Of a DNA stretch of 64,000 nt, positions 36,190 through 48,809 are shown one piece after another. Position numbers and translations under genes: made by a program. This DNA is from Squalus acanthias (lineage: Eukaryota). The notes under the pieces are model-generated. The model was not told where the DNA came from. It made no database searches and saw only the letters and a list, made by a program, of their open reading frames with translations. How positions within the stretch are numbered: the first letter of the stretch is position 1; the number at the start of each line of letters is the position of its first letter. Location: the NCBI GenBank assembly GCA_030390025.1, contig CM059432.1, positions 23,624,001 to 23,688,000 on the forward strand, written 5' to 3'.

Positions 36190-38056
36190 TTGGTGTCAAA
36201 GGTGAAGGGTCAGTTTTTAACTCACCCTGCCACCCAGTTCCCCCAATAACTGCTTCTCTGCACGCTCCTCTATTGTTCCAAATACTGCATTTTTCACTCT
36301 CTTGCTTCACTTTGGCTCCTATCTAACATTCTTTCCCAAGACCTCAAAACTGTGCAGGTTTCCTCCATTGCTCCTTCCTGCTATAATCCACAGGGTTTTA
36401 AAATCCAATTTTGGTGTTGCCTGATCACCATTACCTGAATTACCTTGTCCTTTCTCCTAATCTTTTCAGCCTTGTTTTCCACTATGGACCTTGGCACTTC
36501 ACCTAGATTTCTTGAAAACAAAATAGAACTAATTATCATATGGAAATAAACTGAAGTGTTGGCCACAGGGTATTTGCCATTCATTTTGAAAGTAAATCTT
36601 GAGCTTTTGAAGACCAATTAAAATACTGCAAGTGAGATTTTATTTACTGTGATATTCTGTAAAATCTCTTGCATATATTATACAGGATAATATACCATTT
36701 CATCATATGTGATTTAGTTTATTAAGGTAATATCTCTGTTTAATGTTCTATAATATAAACTGACAATATTTCCCCAAAATGAAATAATACTCAATAAACC
36801 TACAGTGATTTTAAAGCTTTATGATGCTATCTGAACAGCTCTATGAGATGACGGCCTTGTTACTCCCAGGTACTCATTGACGTACAACTGGTTTAGCCAT
36901 CCATCTGGCGTATTCATATCACGGGTCCCTGGCTGCGACTGCTGCTGCCAAACTCCCTCTCCCGCCCGCCGGCCGGGGACTCCGGGAACTTTTATTTTAA
37001 ATGAGGCACTGCCGTTTAGATTGGCAGGGCCTCCACGTCACCGGATTCGCTGGGTGTGCTGCCCACTTTGGGGCTCAGGCACCGTTCCTGCCCGCTTTTA
37101 TAGTCGGGGCCTCTGTTTCAAAAGTACTTCATTAGCTGGGAAGTGCTTTGGGATGTTCTGAGCTTGTGTAAGGTGCTATATCAATGCAAGTTTTTCACAT
37201 TCCAGCCTTAGCATACTCTCAGGTATCCATTACTTATATATATTATATAAATATATATAAATCTTCAAACTCCTTGATTTCAAATTATAGCTCACTCTCG
37301 GGTGTCTATTGTATTCTATATATAAACCAGCTGAAGCCCTCAATTAAGCTCTGCTTTATAATCACTCCGATGTCTATTAATCTGTAGGTCAAATTTTATG
37401 ATTGATGAATTCCAGAACAGAGTGCTAAATTGTAAGACCCATTATTTTAATACATAGCCAAAATCACCTGAAGCCCTCAATAAGGTTACAGCTTTGTAAC
37501 TCATTCACAGGTATCCATTATCCCCTAACCAGTTTTATTGTAGCTTTTGTTTCAAATTACTTTTCACGTACAAACGAGGGTAAATTCACTGATCCTGTGC
37601 TCCCATGCTCTAAGGGAGTACAATTCGAACAATCAGCATTGCAGTGTTGTGGTATCTTTTTGATAGATTTATCGTGCACCATTAAAATCTGACAAGCCAG
37701 TTAGAAAGAAGAATATGTGAAAGGATTGCATGAGAAGTTATAATTAAACAATTACCTATCACTTATATATAAAAAAACGGTGAAGTACGTTCTGAACCCT
37801 CTTCTAGAGAATACAATAAATTGATTCACCACCAGATAGAATCTGAATCTATAATGTGATTGGAATTATGCATATTTTGTAACACTCTCGAGGCAATTGG
37901 TCTTTTGTTTATCGTTGGTTCAATGTCTACCTTCAGTTCAGTGAGACAGTTGGATTTACCATCCTTGAAAGCGGTGGTGTAGTGAACCACGTAGACCCTG
38001 TACTTACACTGAGATGAAAAGAAAAATCAAGACCAATGGAAATTTGAAAAAAAGAG

Positions 38057-38320
38057 AGAAAATGCAGGAAACGCACATAAGATCAGGCAACATCTGAGGA
38101 AAAAGCAAGGTTAATGTTTTGAAGCCATGATGCGGAGATGCCGGTGTTGGACTGGGGTGGACAAATGTGAGAAGTCGCACAACACCAGGTTATAGTCCAA
38201 CAGCTTTCTTTGAAATCACAAGCTTTTGGAGCGCTGCTCCTTCGTCAGGTGAAGTGACTTCACCTGACAAAGGAGCAGCGCTCCAAAAGCTTGTGATTTC
38301 AAATGTTTTGAAGGTCACCC
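38057..38320 (-). mobile_element. old Penelope-like pLTR relic (family 2), split by copy 3
   Basis: AGAAAATGCAGGA..ATCAGGCAACATCTG..GTTAATGTTTTGAAG|GTC aligns with 61919-61980 (AGAAAATGCTGGA..GTCAGGCAGCATCTG..GTTAACGTTTCAGGTC). Confidence 0.6.
38125..38301. mobile_element. palindromic Penelope-like mini-element, copy 3, with two mutated back-to-back hammerhead motifs
   Basis: Palindrome 38209-38303 centred on 38256; duplication AATGTTTTGAAG (38113-38124 / 38302-38313). GAAA is changed to AAAA in both arms, and the right arm has CTGACAA. Confidence 0.88.
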
Positions 38321-39311
38321 ATCGCCTGAGGTGTGCCAGCTAACCTCACCACAGCTGGGGGTGCGGGCAGGAGGAATACCCCCACGGGGATCGCAGCATA
38401 CGTCACGGACCATTTTAACCACCGGGCCTTATTTAAATATTGGAGCACTGTCTCCCACTCCGGACTAACATCAGGATCGGCGGGCGGGAGCGGGAATTCG
38501 ACTCCGGTGTCTTAGGACACCGGGACCCAAAGGAACAGTCCTTGGCATAATCTCAGCGCTGGGCAAGGGCTTTGGCAGCCGATGTCAGCGCGCAGAGGAC
38601 GTGGCAAGGCCGGTGCTCGGGAGGCCCAAGTACTCCTTGAAGGGCCTGGGGGGTAAGCACTGCGGGGATTTCTCACGACAATCATTTTTTAAAACTCACC
38701 TCAGCCTCTTCTAGCCAGTCGGCACCATCCGTCGTGGTTTGGCTGGTGGGCCTCCCCTTGACTCGGTTAAAGTCACATTGCGGCACTGAGAACGTCATCG
38801 GGCCGTGACTTTTGAATTTAAATTAGGCCTCCGGCTGTCTGCAGTGGCAGCCTCAGCCGACTTTAAAGTCAGCAAGGATGAAATGGGGCCGGGCAGGAAA
38901 GGAGCGACCTCAGATTGAACCATAGATTATAGGCAGGTCTCAGATTTGATCTCTGCTCTGTATTGAATTATCTGATCTTAACTGGGGAAGCAGTAGAGAA
39001 ATTCACCTAAATGCCCATCGGTTGCAGAGGGCTGAACTAGCCTCATAAACATAAGAACATAAGAACATAAGAAATAGGAGCAGGAGTAGGCCAACTGGCC
39101 CCTCGAGCCTGCTCCGCCATTCAATAAGATCATGGCTGATCTGATCCTAACCTAACTGCAGGATAAATAAAGAATAGCCATCTGTGCAGCGTCTATGAAC
39201 CCATATCCCAGCAAGAAGTCACACCTTCAAGAGAGATGGGGAAGCGAGAAAGATTGTTGGAAAAAAAGTGGAAGAAAATTTCAATAGAAGCAGCTCAAAG
39301 GAGTTATGAAG

Positions 39312-40346
39312 GGGGTTATTTTGGTGAAAGGGTGAAAACAGGCACTAAATGGGTGCTGTGCTAATAAAACATGCATGTTTGAAGGTCTGGTTTTAGCATG
39401 CAATTTTGGTCCGAATTATTGATTACCATAATTTGAACTTGCCTGGAGATACTAAAACAGAGACATCTGCATGTTTAGCACTCGAGCGCTGATTAGACGC
39501 AATTTTTGTGGAGCAGTATCTGTTGGCTCCATTCACCCACTTCCAATGACGGTGTGGAGTGTGCTGGCACACAGCGGCACGTTTCAGGATGGCTCAGGGA
39601 CCGAGTGAGAGGGCACACAGGTTCTCGGACGCTGCACTGAAGGTCCTGGTGGAGGAGGTGCAGAGGAGGAGGGGTGTCCTGTACCCACAGCGGGGAAGGA
39701 GTCCACCTCGCCCTCCTGTCCCTCTCTCCTGCAGCAGCTGGTACTGCTCTGCCTGGCCTCATAGCCTCCTCACATTCCTCCTGCAGACCAAGGGAGACCC
39801 CGAGCAAGATGCCCATGACTAAGCACTTCCTTTCTCCTGGTGACCTCTATAAGGTAGAGTAGCACAGCTCTTGCTCTTTTTAGGTGAAGCCATCAGAGAA
39901 TTTCCAAGATAAATGTTGATAGAGTGTTCGTGAAGTCTTGACAGAGTGTCCCAGAAAGTCTCCCGATGTGTTTCAAAAGTCCTCTTCAAACCTCCAGCAG
40001 CAAGTAAACAGTAATAGGTGATATACCTTTTAAGTAGCGCTCAAAAATCCTCTGCAACAACGAGTTTACTCCCAATCAGCTGGTCGCTGTTAGGAGAGGG
40101 CATTGGTTCAAGTGCTAGCCACCAAAATGCCATGCAGCCTCCTCAATGGGCGCTAGCAGGCAAGTTAAGTGGCAATCAGCTGCCTAACGATCCTCTGGGC
40201 GGCCGTTCCTAGTGCAAGCTTCAACTCCTTTACCAAGATGGCATCTTGCGCTAAACGCAGGCTAAACCGTCGTTTCAGCTTAAGACCACATCTTGGCCAC
40301 CTCTGAGGCTCTTTAGCCCCTAAAGTATCTGGGGAAAATCGCACCC
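39312..40346 (-). mobile_element. non-autonomous PIF/Harbinger deletion derivative, copy 2
   Basis: Reverse complement of 15831-16852 along its length; plus-strand MAQGPSERAHRFSDAALKVLVEEVQRRRGVLYP; left end GGGGTTATTTT. Confidence 0.85.
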
Positions 40347-41009
40347 AAAGTATCCACACTAGTCAGAATCACTGGATAGCCATCAGGAGCTAGATCCCTG
40401 GCCCATGTTTTCCCTTCCTAGTCCAGAGGTGCTGAGTCCAATTGTTGTAGCTCAAATGCGACATCTTGCTGAATTCAGCTAAATCAGCAAATAATAAAGA
40501 TCCAACATGAGTTCTAGTATATTAGATTATCCTAAAACCTACTAGAACATCAGGAGCGTTTTACTTTTTACTGTAAAGAAACACACAAACCTTGATGAAA
40601 TGTTATATTAATAAGCATTTACCAGTAATAGTACAACTTGCAGAATTACCTTTAAGGACAAGTTGGAAGAATTTTTCTTTACTGCTGGTCACTTTCATGA
40701 ACGATACTGGCTAGATTTTCTGCCATTAACTACGAATGCGTAAAAGAGTCTAGCCCATTTATGTTAATCATTCCTTAGAATATAATTAATTTTTTATAGT
40801 GATTTGTAGGAAAATAGAATTATTTCTAACCCAGACGTACTGATTTGAAACAGTAGCCCATTTCGAAATTGTTCCGTTCCTACTGTTTTACTCACAAATA
40901 AACTCCTCCGCCAAGTGTTTTGAACCAGGTACTGTTGCTCTGCTGTGCTTTTCTTCAGCCTCTACTTCTGTTGCTCACCCTCCAACTCATGTAACCTGGG
41001 AACAATGGG

Positions 41010-41352
41010 CAAGAATGTCAGCAGGTTGTGGATTCAAATCCCACTTCAGTGTATAATCTCGGCTAAAACTTAATGCAGCATTGAGGTGGTGCTTCATCGT
41101 TGGGAGCTGCTTTCCTTCGAATGAGACATTGAAAGGAGGCCTGTCGTGCTGGCCAACGTTCCTCCATCGACCAAGAACAGTTTAACTGGTGATTTACCTA
41201 ATTGCTGTTTTGGGGGATCTTGAAGTGTGCACAGTGGCTGCTGTGTTAACCTACATAGCAAGTGGCTGCACTTCAAAGTGATTCATTACATGTGAAGTGT
41301 TTGGGATGTCCTTAGAGATATGATAAGGTGCTATATAAATGCAAGTTTCTTC
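41010..41352 (+). mobile_element. decayed Deu-SINE
   Basis: B box GATTCAAATCCC (about 41031) and tail AAGGTGCTATATAAATGCAAGTTTCTT. Confidence 0.65.
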
Positions 41353-41837
41353 TGGTGGAAATTACAAGCCACTTTAATCTTGAACTATTATTTTTTTTGC
41401 TGCAGAGAGAGATAATGTAAAAAGGCTGGAAAATAAACAGCAATTATTTGATGCTAAACCAGACTCATACATAATTCAAGCGATGATGCTTCAAGAATAG
41501 ACATCTAGTGAAATTTTAAAGCATTACATTATTCTAAAATTCCAGTGTACATTTAAGTGCACCTCTTCAACTGTGCTGTATAATATCTATATTAATGAAA
41601 TTGCGGAATAGGAATCACCTTATTTAACCTTCACACAGCGGGTGATATTATGTAAGGTCATACCTTGTGTCTGTGAGCTAATCCAGCCATAAATTGCTAA
41701 TGCCATCAGGAGTCACTAAAGGCAAACATTAATTAAATTAACAGCACTGTACTCATGGAAATCCAATTTCAGCTTGTGATCACCGTGGTGCGGACATGCT
41801 GCACAAATTTGTGACTGCATCGGAAAATTCAGCAGGT

Positions 41838-42628
41838 TCTTTTTATTATTAATTCTCAGGATGTCGGCGTCGCTGGCAAGTCTGGCCTTTATTGCCCATC
41901 CATAGTTGCCCTTGAGAAGATTCTTGAACCACTGCAGTCCATGCGGCGAAGGTACTCCCATAATGCTGTTAGCTAGGGAGTTGCAGGATTTTGAGCCAGC
42001 AACAATGAAGGAACAGCGATATATGTCCAAGTCAGGATGGTGTGTGACTTGGAGGGGAGCTTGGAGATGGTGGTGCTTCCATGCACCTTCTGCCCTTGTC
42101 CTTCTAGATGGTGGAGGTCGCGGGTTTTGAAGATGCTGCCGGCATGGACTTGATGGGCCGAATGGCCTCCTTCTGTGCCATAATGACTCTATGACTCTAG
42201 AAGCCTTAGCGAGTTGCTGCAGTGCCTCCTGTAGATTATACACGCTGCAGCCACGGTACGCCGGTGGTGCAGGGAGTGAATGTTTAAGCTAGTGGATGGG
42301 GTACCAATCAAGCAGACTGTTTTGTCTTTTGTAGTGTCGAGCTTCTCAAGTGTAGTTGCAGCTTCACCATCCAGGCAAGTGGAGAGTATTCCATCACACT
42401 CCTGACTTGTGTTTTGTAGGTGGTGGAAAGGCTTTGATAGTCAGGAGGTGAGCCACTCACCTCAGAATACCCAGCCTCTGAACTGTTCGAGTAGCCACGG
42501 CAATTATGTGACTGGTCCAGTTAAGTTTCTGGTCAATGGTGACCCCGCGAATTTTGATGGTGGGAGACTTGGTGATGGTAATGCCAGTGAATGTCAAGGG
42601 GAGATGGTTGGGCTCTCTCCTGTTGGAG
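41838..42628 (-). mobile_element. 3' end of a CR1/L2-group LINE (second family), with a short CR1 tail inserted at ~42139-42198
   Basis: Minus-strand reading AATTLEKLDT..LIGTPSTSLNIHSLHHRRTVAA; ends in the same tail as 21428-21656. Confidence 0.8.
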
Positions 42629-43661
42629 CTTCAGCTGAAGATAGTTAGCATGCATTGTTGGTGGGGCCCACAGTCAGTGATTCAGGAACTGCAATTTGAT
42701 CTATTTTGCTCTGTTAAATTCTTGAACATTGCTGCATCAAAATTGAAAATAAAAAATTATAACCATTTTCCAGCCCTTCCAATTTTCTCCCTCCATTTCA
42801 GGGGTGGACTGACCACACGTGTATGGTTCCATAGCGCTGTATTATTGACGCTCTTTTTTTCTGTGAGAATCCCGAAGAACCCTGTGCTCCTTCGGGGGAG
42901 TCAGTCCGCCCCGCTCCTGTCTTGAAGGCACTGCTTTTGCCGAATTATAATTCAGAAGTTCACAGAATCATAGAATCGTACAGCACAGAAGGAGGCCATT
43001 CAGCCCATAATGCCTGTGCCGGCTCTTTGAAAGAGCTATCCATTTAGTCCCACTCCCCTGCTCTTTCCACGTAGCCCATCAAATCTTTCATTATCAAATA
43101 TATATCCAATTACCTTTTGAAAGTTACTACTGAATCTTCTTCCACTACCCTTTCAGGTAGTGCAACCAAGTTGATGGTCACCCTCTGGTACCTTGCCCAA
43201 GGAGCCTAGATATTGAGTGTTGGTAGACTGTTCAAATGTGGAAAGCATCACAGCATAGCTGAGCCTGATCATGTGCAAGCACAATGTCCACACGCACACA
43301 CTTTCTAGCAAGGGTAACTGGATCATGATCAAGAGCTTCAGCACTGGCTGTTATTTAGCTCTCTCGCCTAATGCCCAGAACCAAATGTAACATCGCAACT
43401 GACTGTAACATCGCAACTGTGGCCGCAGCTGAGACTCAGCTGGTTGAGTGCAATTTAGAAATTGAATCTGGGATCTTCTGGACTGTCGGCTCAATACAAC
43501 ATTAGTTTGATTTAAATTGCAAAAGTTGCAGATGATTTGCCAACGTTGTTACCAGGGTTTTGGTAAAGCATATGGTCGGTGCAAACAGTCTTGGGCTGTG
43601 TCTGGAGAGAGCATCTTGAGTTATATAACACCAGGGTGAAACACTGGTTGGTTACAGGTCA

Positions 43662-44936
43662 TCTGTGCTGTAACATTCTGTGCTTTTGTATCGTCTTTTA
43701 GTTCATATTCTTGGAGCCCAGCTCCTGATGTTTATGCTATAAAATCTGTTTCCATTGCCCTAACAGTCTGCCAGAAAAAGGATTTGGCAACATAAATCAG
43801 CCGATGAACCCTGGGCTTGTGGATCAAATTAAAAGAACAGTATTAAAGCAGCTTTCGTCTCTACCCTGTATGTCTCTGTTTCAGAAAATTTCCCATTCTT
43901 AGGAGTTCTACTTTAATTGTACTTCTAGCTAGATCTTCCACCCTCAGTAAACTTGAGTTCATCCAAAGCTTTGCTGCCTGTATCCTGACTCGAACCAAGT
44001 CCCGTTCACTCATCACCCCTGTGCTGATTGACCTACATTGGCATGCATCCCCAGCTGTGCCTTCAGCTGTCTAGGCCCTAAGCTCTGGAATTCTCTCCCT
44101 AAACCTTTCTACCTCTCCTCTTTTTAGTCACTCCTGAAATCCTATGGGGGCGAAATTGGGTGCCTTGCGCAAATGGTTTTGCGACTGGGCGTGGCACTGA
44201 CATCGACTCCCGCCATATTTGGCGGGAATTTTCTAGTGGCGCTACAACGTTGCGCCCTGATCTCCTTCGCCCGGAGATCGTGACGTCATCGCCGTGCGCA
44301 TTGCCCCGGTAGCGCCCCCGACCCGAAATTGACTTCCGCCCCCTGCAGCAGCGCCGGGCGAAAACACCGAGAGCTGCAGGAGGCGTGCAGGCCGGCCACT
44401 TCAGGGGCGACGATTGATTAAAGGCAAGGTGGCCGAGGTAAGTGGGGGAAAAAAAAACTACCTTTCTTGTTCCAGTTTTTTTTTGCGGGTTCCTGCCCGC
44501 GTTCGATCAGCCCGGCGCTCTGCTTGAGTGCCGGGCTGATCGTGCGGGATCGCGGCTGCTTTGGTGGTTCATGCAGGTACTTTTTATATTGCAGAGCCTG
44601 CAGCGAAGTCTCCGCCCCGCCTGCTGCCGATTGCGCTCCAAGAAGGAAGTGCAGCGCTTGATTTAACGCTCCACTACCTTCTTGGAGTGCTAACGGTGAA
44701 TTTTTCAAGTTTAAAGTCGTTAGCGCCTGGCACTAATTTTTCAAACTTTAAAAATTAACGCCCCGAACGATAGTGAATTTCTCCCCCTATGTCTTAGATC
44801 AAACTTTTGGTCACCTGTCCTAATATCTCCTTATGTGGCTCGGGGTCAAATTTTGTCTGATAACGCTCCTGTGAAGGGCCTTGGGGCGTTGCACTATGTA
44901 AAGGTGCTATATTAGTGCAAGTTGTTGTTGTTGTTG
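43662..44936 (+). repeat. chimeric repeat copy 2 (head plus deleted L2 3' end), split by a MITE
   Basis: Colinear with 5068-5721, including the same L2 deletion junction GACCTACATTGG|CATGCA. Confidence 0.8.
44146..44787. mobile_element. Harbinger-type MITE (642 bp)
   Basis: TIR GGGGGCGAAATT / AATTTCTCCCCC; duplication TAT (44143-44145 / 44788-44790); CpG-rich. Confidence 0.87.
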
Positions 44937-46307
44937 CCGCTGCTACCTGCGAGACAAATTTAAGATAAACAAGAGCATCAGACAAGAAATGTATTGTGTT
45001 TAGCAATCTCAATCCAACTGCTAATGAGCGTGGGGCCGCAGCCTTCCACTGACCTAAATTAGGGACCAATTGCATTCCAGGCCACAGAATGTTGTGGAAA
45101 ATGGAACAAAAAACCGGAACTGGTGCTGTAGCAGCTGATTTTCTGAGGTTGTGTAACTGGGGACTAAGGTAGATTGTTGGTGCAGAGCAAAGGGAGTTTT
45201 ACTCACCATCTGGCTGTGCTGCCTGTGACCTAGGAATGCTTGAGACTGGCGCAGCAAGCCTAAAATGGGTGTTCTGTTCACAGACACTATCATTTATTGA
45301 TGAGCATCAATTTCAAGTTTTTAAAAAAGAGCATGATGTATATCGGCGCCAACTAGACTGGTATGGAAAGTTTGTTTTGCAGGTGGGGTTCCTTTAGGGA
45401 CAAGTAATGGCCATTAAACATGCTTAACTAGTTCTTTGTTCTACTTTCTCCACGCACTGTTGGAACCAAGCCTAACTTGCTAAGTTCTGGGGAAATCACG
45501 GTGAGCCTGGATATCAAAATGTAAATGCAAACCTGCAGATTAGTGTTGATGCGAGTCACATGTCTTATAAAGCCCCAAGGCCTTTGCTGTTGTGCCAGTT
45601 AACTTTTCTCCAGCTAACGCTAATTTGTTCCTCGCTTCTCGCCACTAACCTCCAATCACTGGGGTTTAGGATGAAGTCCGCAGCTTCTCCACAGAAGTAG
45701 GGTTGATTCACACATATTTAATCCGGTTTGTGGGATTTATCTGTTTCTATTTCAGGAACCTAAGGTTGCTAAAAAAAAAAACCTTCAGAAAATATCTTAT
45801 TTAGCTAACCTATTCAATATCCTGCCCCAACCCACCTACTGTAAAGATTTTCAATATTAATCATTTTATGCATCCCTTTTATATTAAAAAAAAACCACGT
45901 GAATCATTAAACCCCTGTCCAACCCTCAACAAAGTATTTGCAATGTGTGAAATTGATGAGTTATGCATGGGTCGTATTTACTTTGAAAAGATTAGACAGA
46001 AGCAGATTCCAACATTATCAATTTAAAAGCCTGATGGAGAAATAAATTGATAATTTCCATTCCGATGAAATAGTGCAGCACAAATACATTCAAGACCACT
46101 GTCAAAGTGGAGCCAAGAATTTACCCTTTTTGAGGTCGATGATCAGCCATGATCTTATTGAATGGCGGAGCAGGCTCGAGGGGCCGCATGGCTCCTATTT
46201 CTTATGTTCTTAGGGATCAAATTTTAATGGCAAATTCTGGCCTTTGAAAGGCTACAGATTTTATGGACAACGTTTTTATGCATTCCTTCTCCCTTCCCCT
46301 CCGCCTT

Positions 46308-46387
46308 ACACACACACACACACCCCATACACACACACACACACACACACACCCATACACACACACACCCCATACACACACACACCC

Positions 46388-46420
<33 letters not shown>

Positions 46421-46425
46421 CCCAT

Positions 46426-46457
<32 letters not shown>

Positions 46458-46743
46458 CCCATACACACACCCCATACACACACACACAAACACACACACA
46501 CACACCCCATACACCACACCACACACACACACACACACACCACCCCATACACAACACACACACAACACCACACACACACACCCCATACACACACACAACC
46601 ACACACACACCCTACAACACACACAAACACAACACACCCCATACACACACACACAAACACACATACACACCCCATACACACACACACAAACACACACACA
46701 CACACCCCATACACACACACACAAACACACACACACACCCCAT

Positions 46744-46777
<34 letters not shown>

Positions 46778-47005
46778 CCCATACACACACACACACACCC
46801 CATACACACAACACAACCCATACACACACACACAACACCCCTAAACACACACACAACCCCATACACACCCCACACACCCATCACACACACACCACACACA
46901 ACCCCATACAACACACCCACACACCCCATACACACCACACACACCCCATACACACAACACACACACCCCATACACCATACACACACACACACCCACACAC
47001 ACACC

Positions 47006-47038
<33 letters not shown>

Positions 47039-47059
47039 CCCATACACACACACACACCC

Positions 47060-47092
<33 letters not shown>

Positions 47093-47227
47093 CCATACAC
47101 ACACACACCCATACACACACACACACACACCCATACACACACACACCATACACACACACACCCCATACACACACACACACCCCATACACACACACCCACA
47201 CACACACACACAAACACACACACACCC

Positions 47228-47264
<37 letters not shown>

Positions 47265-47281
47265 ACACACACCCCATACAC

Positions 47282-47315
<34 letters not shown>

Positions 47316-47640
47316 CCCATACACACACACACACAACACACACACACACCCCATACACACACACACACACCCATACACACACACACACCCCATACACACA
47401 CACACACCCATACACACACACACACACCCCATACACACACACCATACACACACACACACACACACACACACCCCACACACACACACCCCATACACACACA
47501 CACACACCCCATACACACACACACACACACACACACCCATACACACACACACACACACCCCATACACACACACCCCATACACACACACACACACACCCAT
47601 ACACACACACACACACCCATACACACACACACACACACCC

Positions 47641-47691
<51 letters not shown>

Positions 47692-48809
47692 CATACACAC
47701 ACACACACCCCATACACACACACCCCATACACACACACACACACCCCATACACACACACACACACCCCATACACACACACACACACCCCCATACACACAC
47801 ACACACACCCCATACACACACACACACACCCCATACACACACACACCCCATACACACACACACCCCATACACACACACACACACCCCATACACACACACA
47901 CACACCCCATACACACACACACACACACCCATACACACACACACACACACCCCATACACACACACACACACACCCCATACACACACACACACACCCATAC
48001 ACACACACACACACCCCATACACACACACACACACCCCATACACACACACACACACCCCATACACACACACACACACCCCATACACACACACACACACCC
48101 CATACACACACACACACACCCCATACACACACACACACCCCATACACACACACACACACCCCATACACACACACACACACCCCATACACACACACACACA
48201 CCCCATACACACACACACACACCCCATACACACACACACACCCATACACACACACACACACCCCATACACACACACACACACCCCATACACACACACACA
48301 CACCCCATACACACACACACACACCCCATACACACACACACACCCCATACACACACACACACACCCCATACACACACACACACCCCATACACACACACAC
48401 ACCATCACACACACCCATACACACACACACACACCCCATACACACACACACACACCCCATACACACACACACACACCCATACACACACACACACACCCCA
48501 TACACACACACACACACCCATACACACACACACACACCCCATACACACACACACACCCCATACACACACACACACCCCATACACACCACACACACCACCC
48601 CCATACACACACACACACACACACACACACCCCATACACACACACACACACCCCATACACACACACACACACCCCATACACACACACACACACACCCCAT
48701 ACACACACACACACACACCCCATACACACACACACACACACACCCCATACACACACACACACACACACCCCATACACACACACACACACACACACACCCC
48801 ACACACACA
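46308..48809. repeat. compound microsatellite (CA)n with CCCCATA spacers, 2.5 kb
   Basis: Units CCCCATA(CA)n of about 18-22 bp; no G on the plus strand. Confidence 0.98.
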
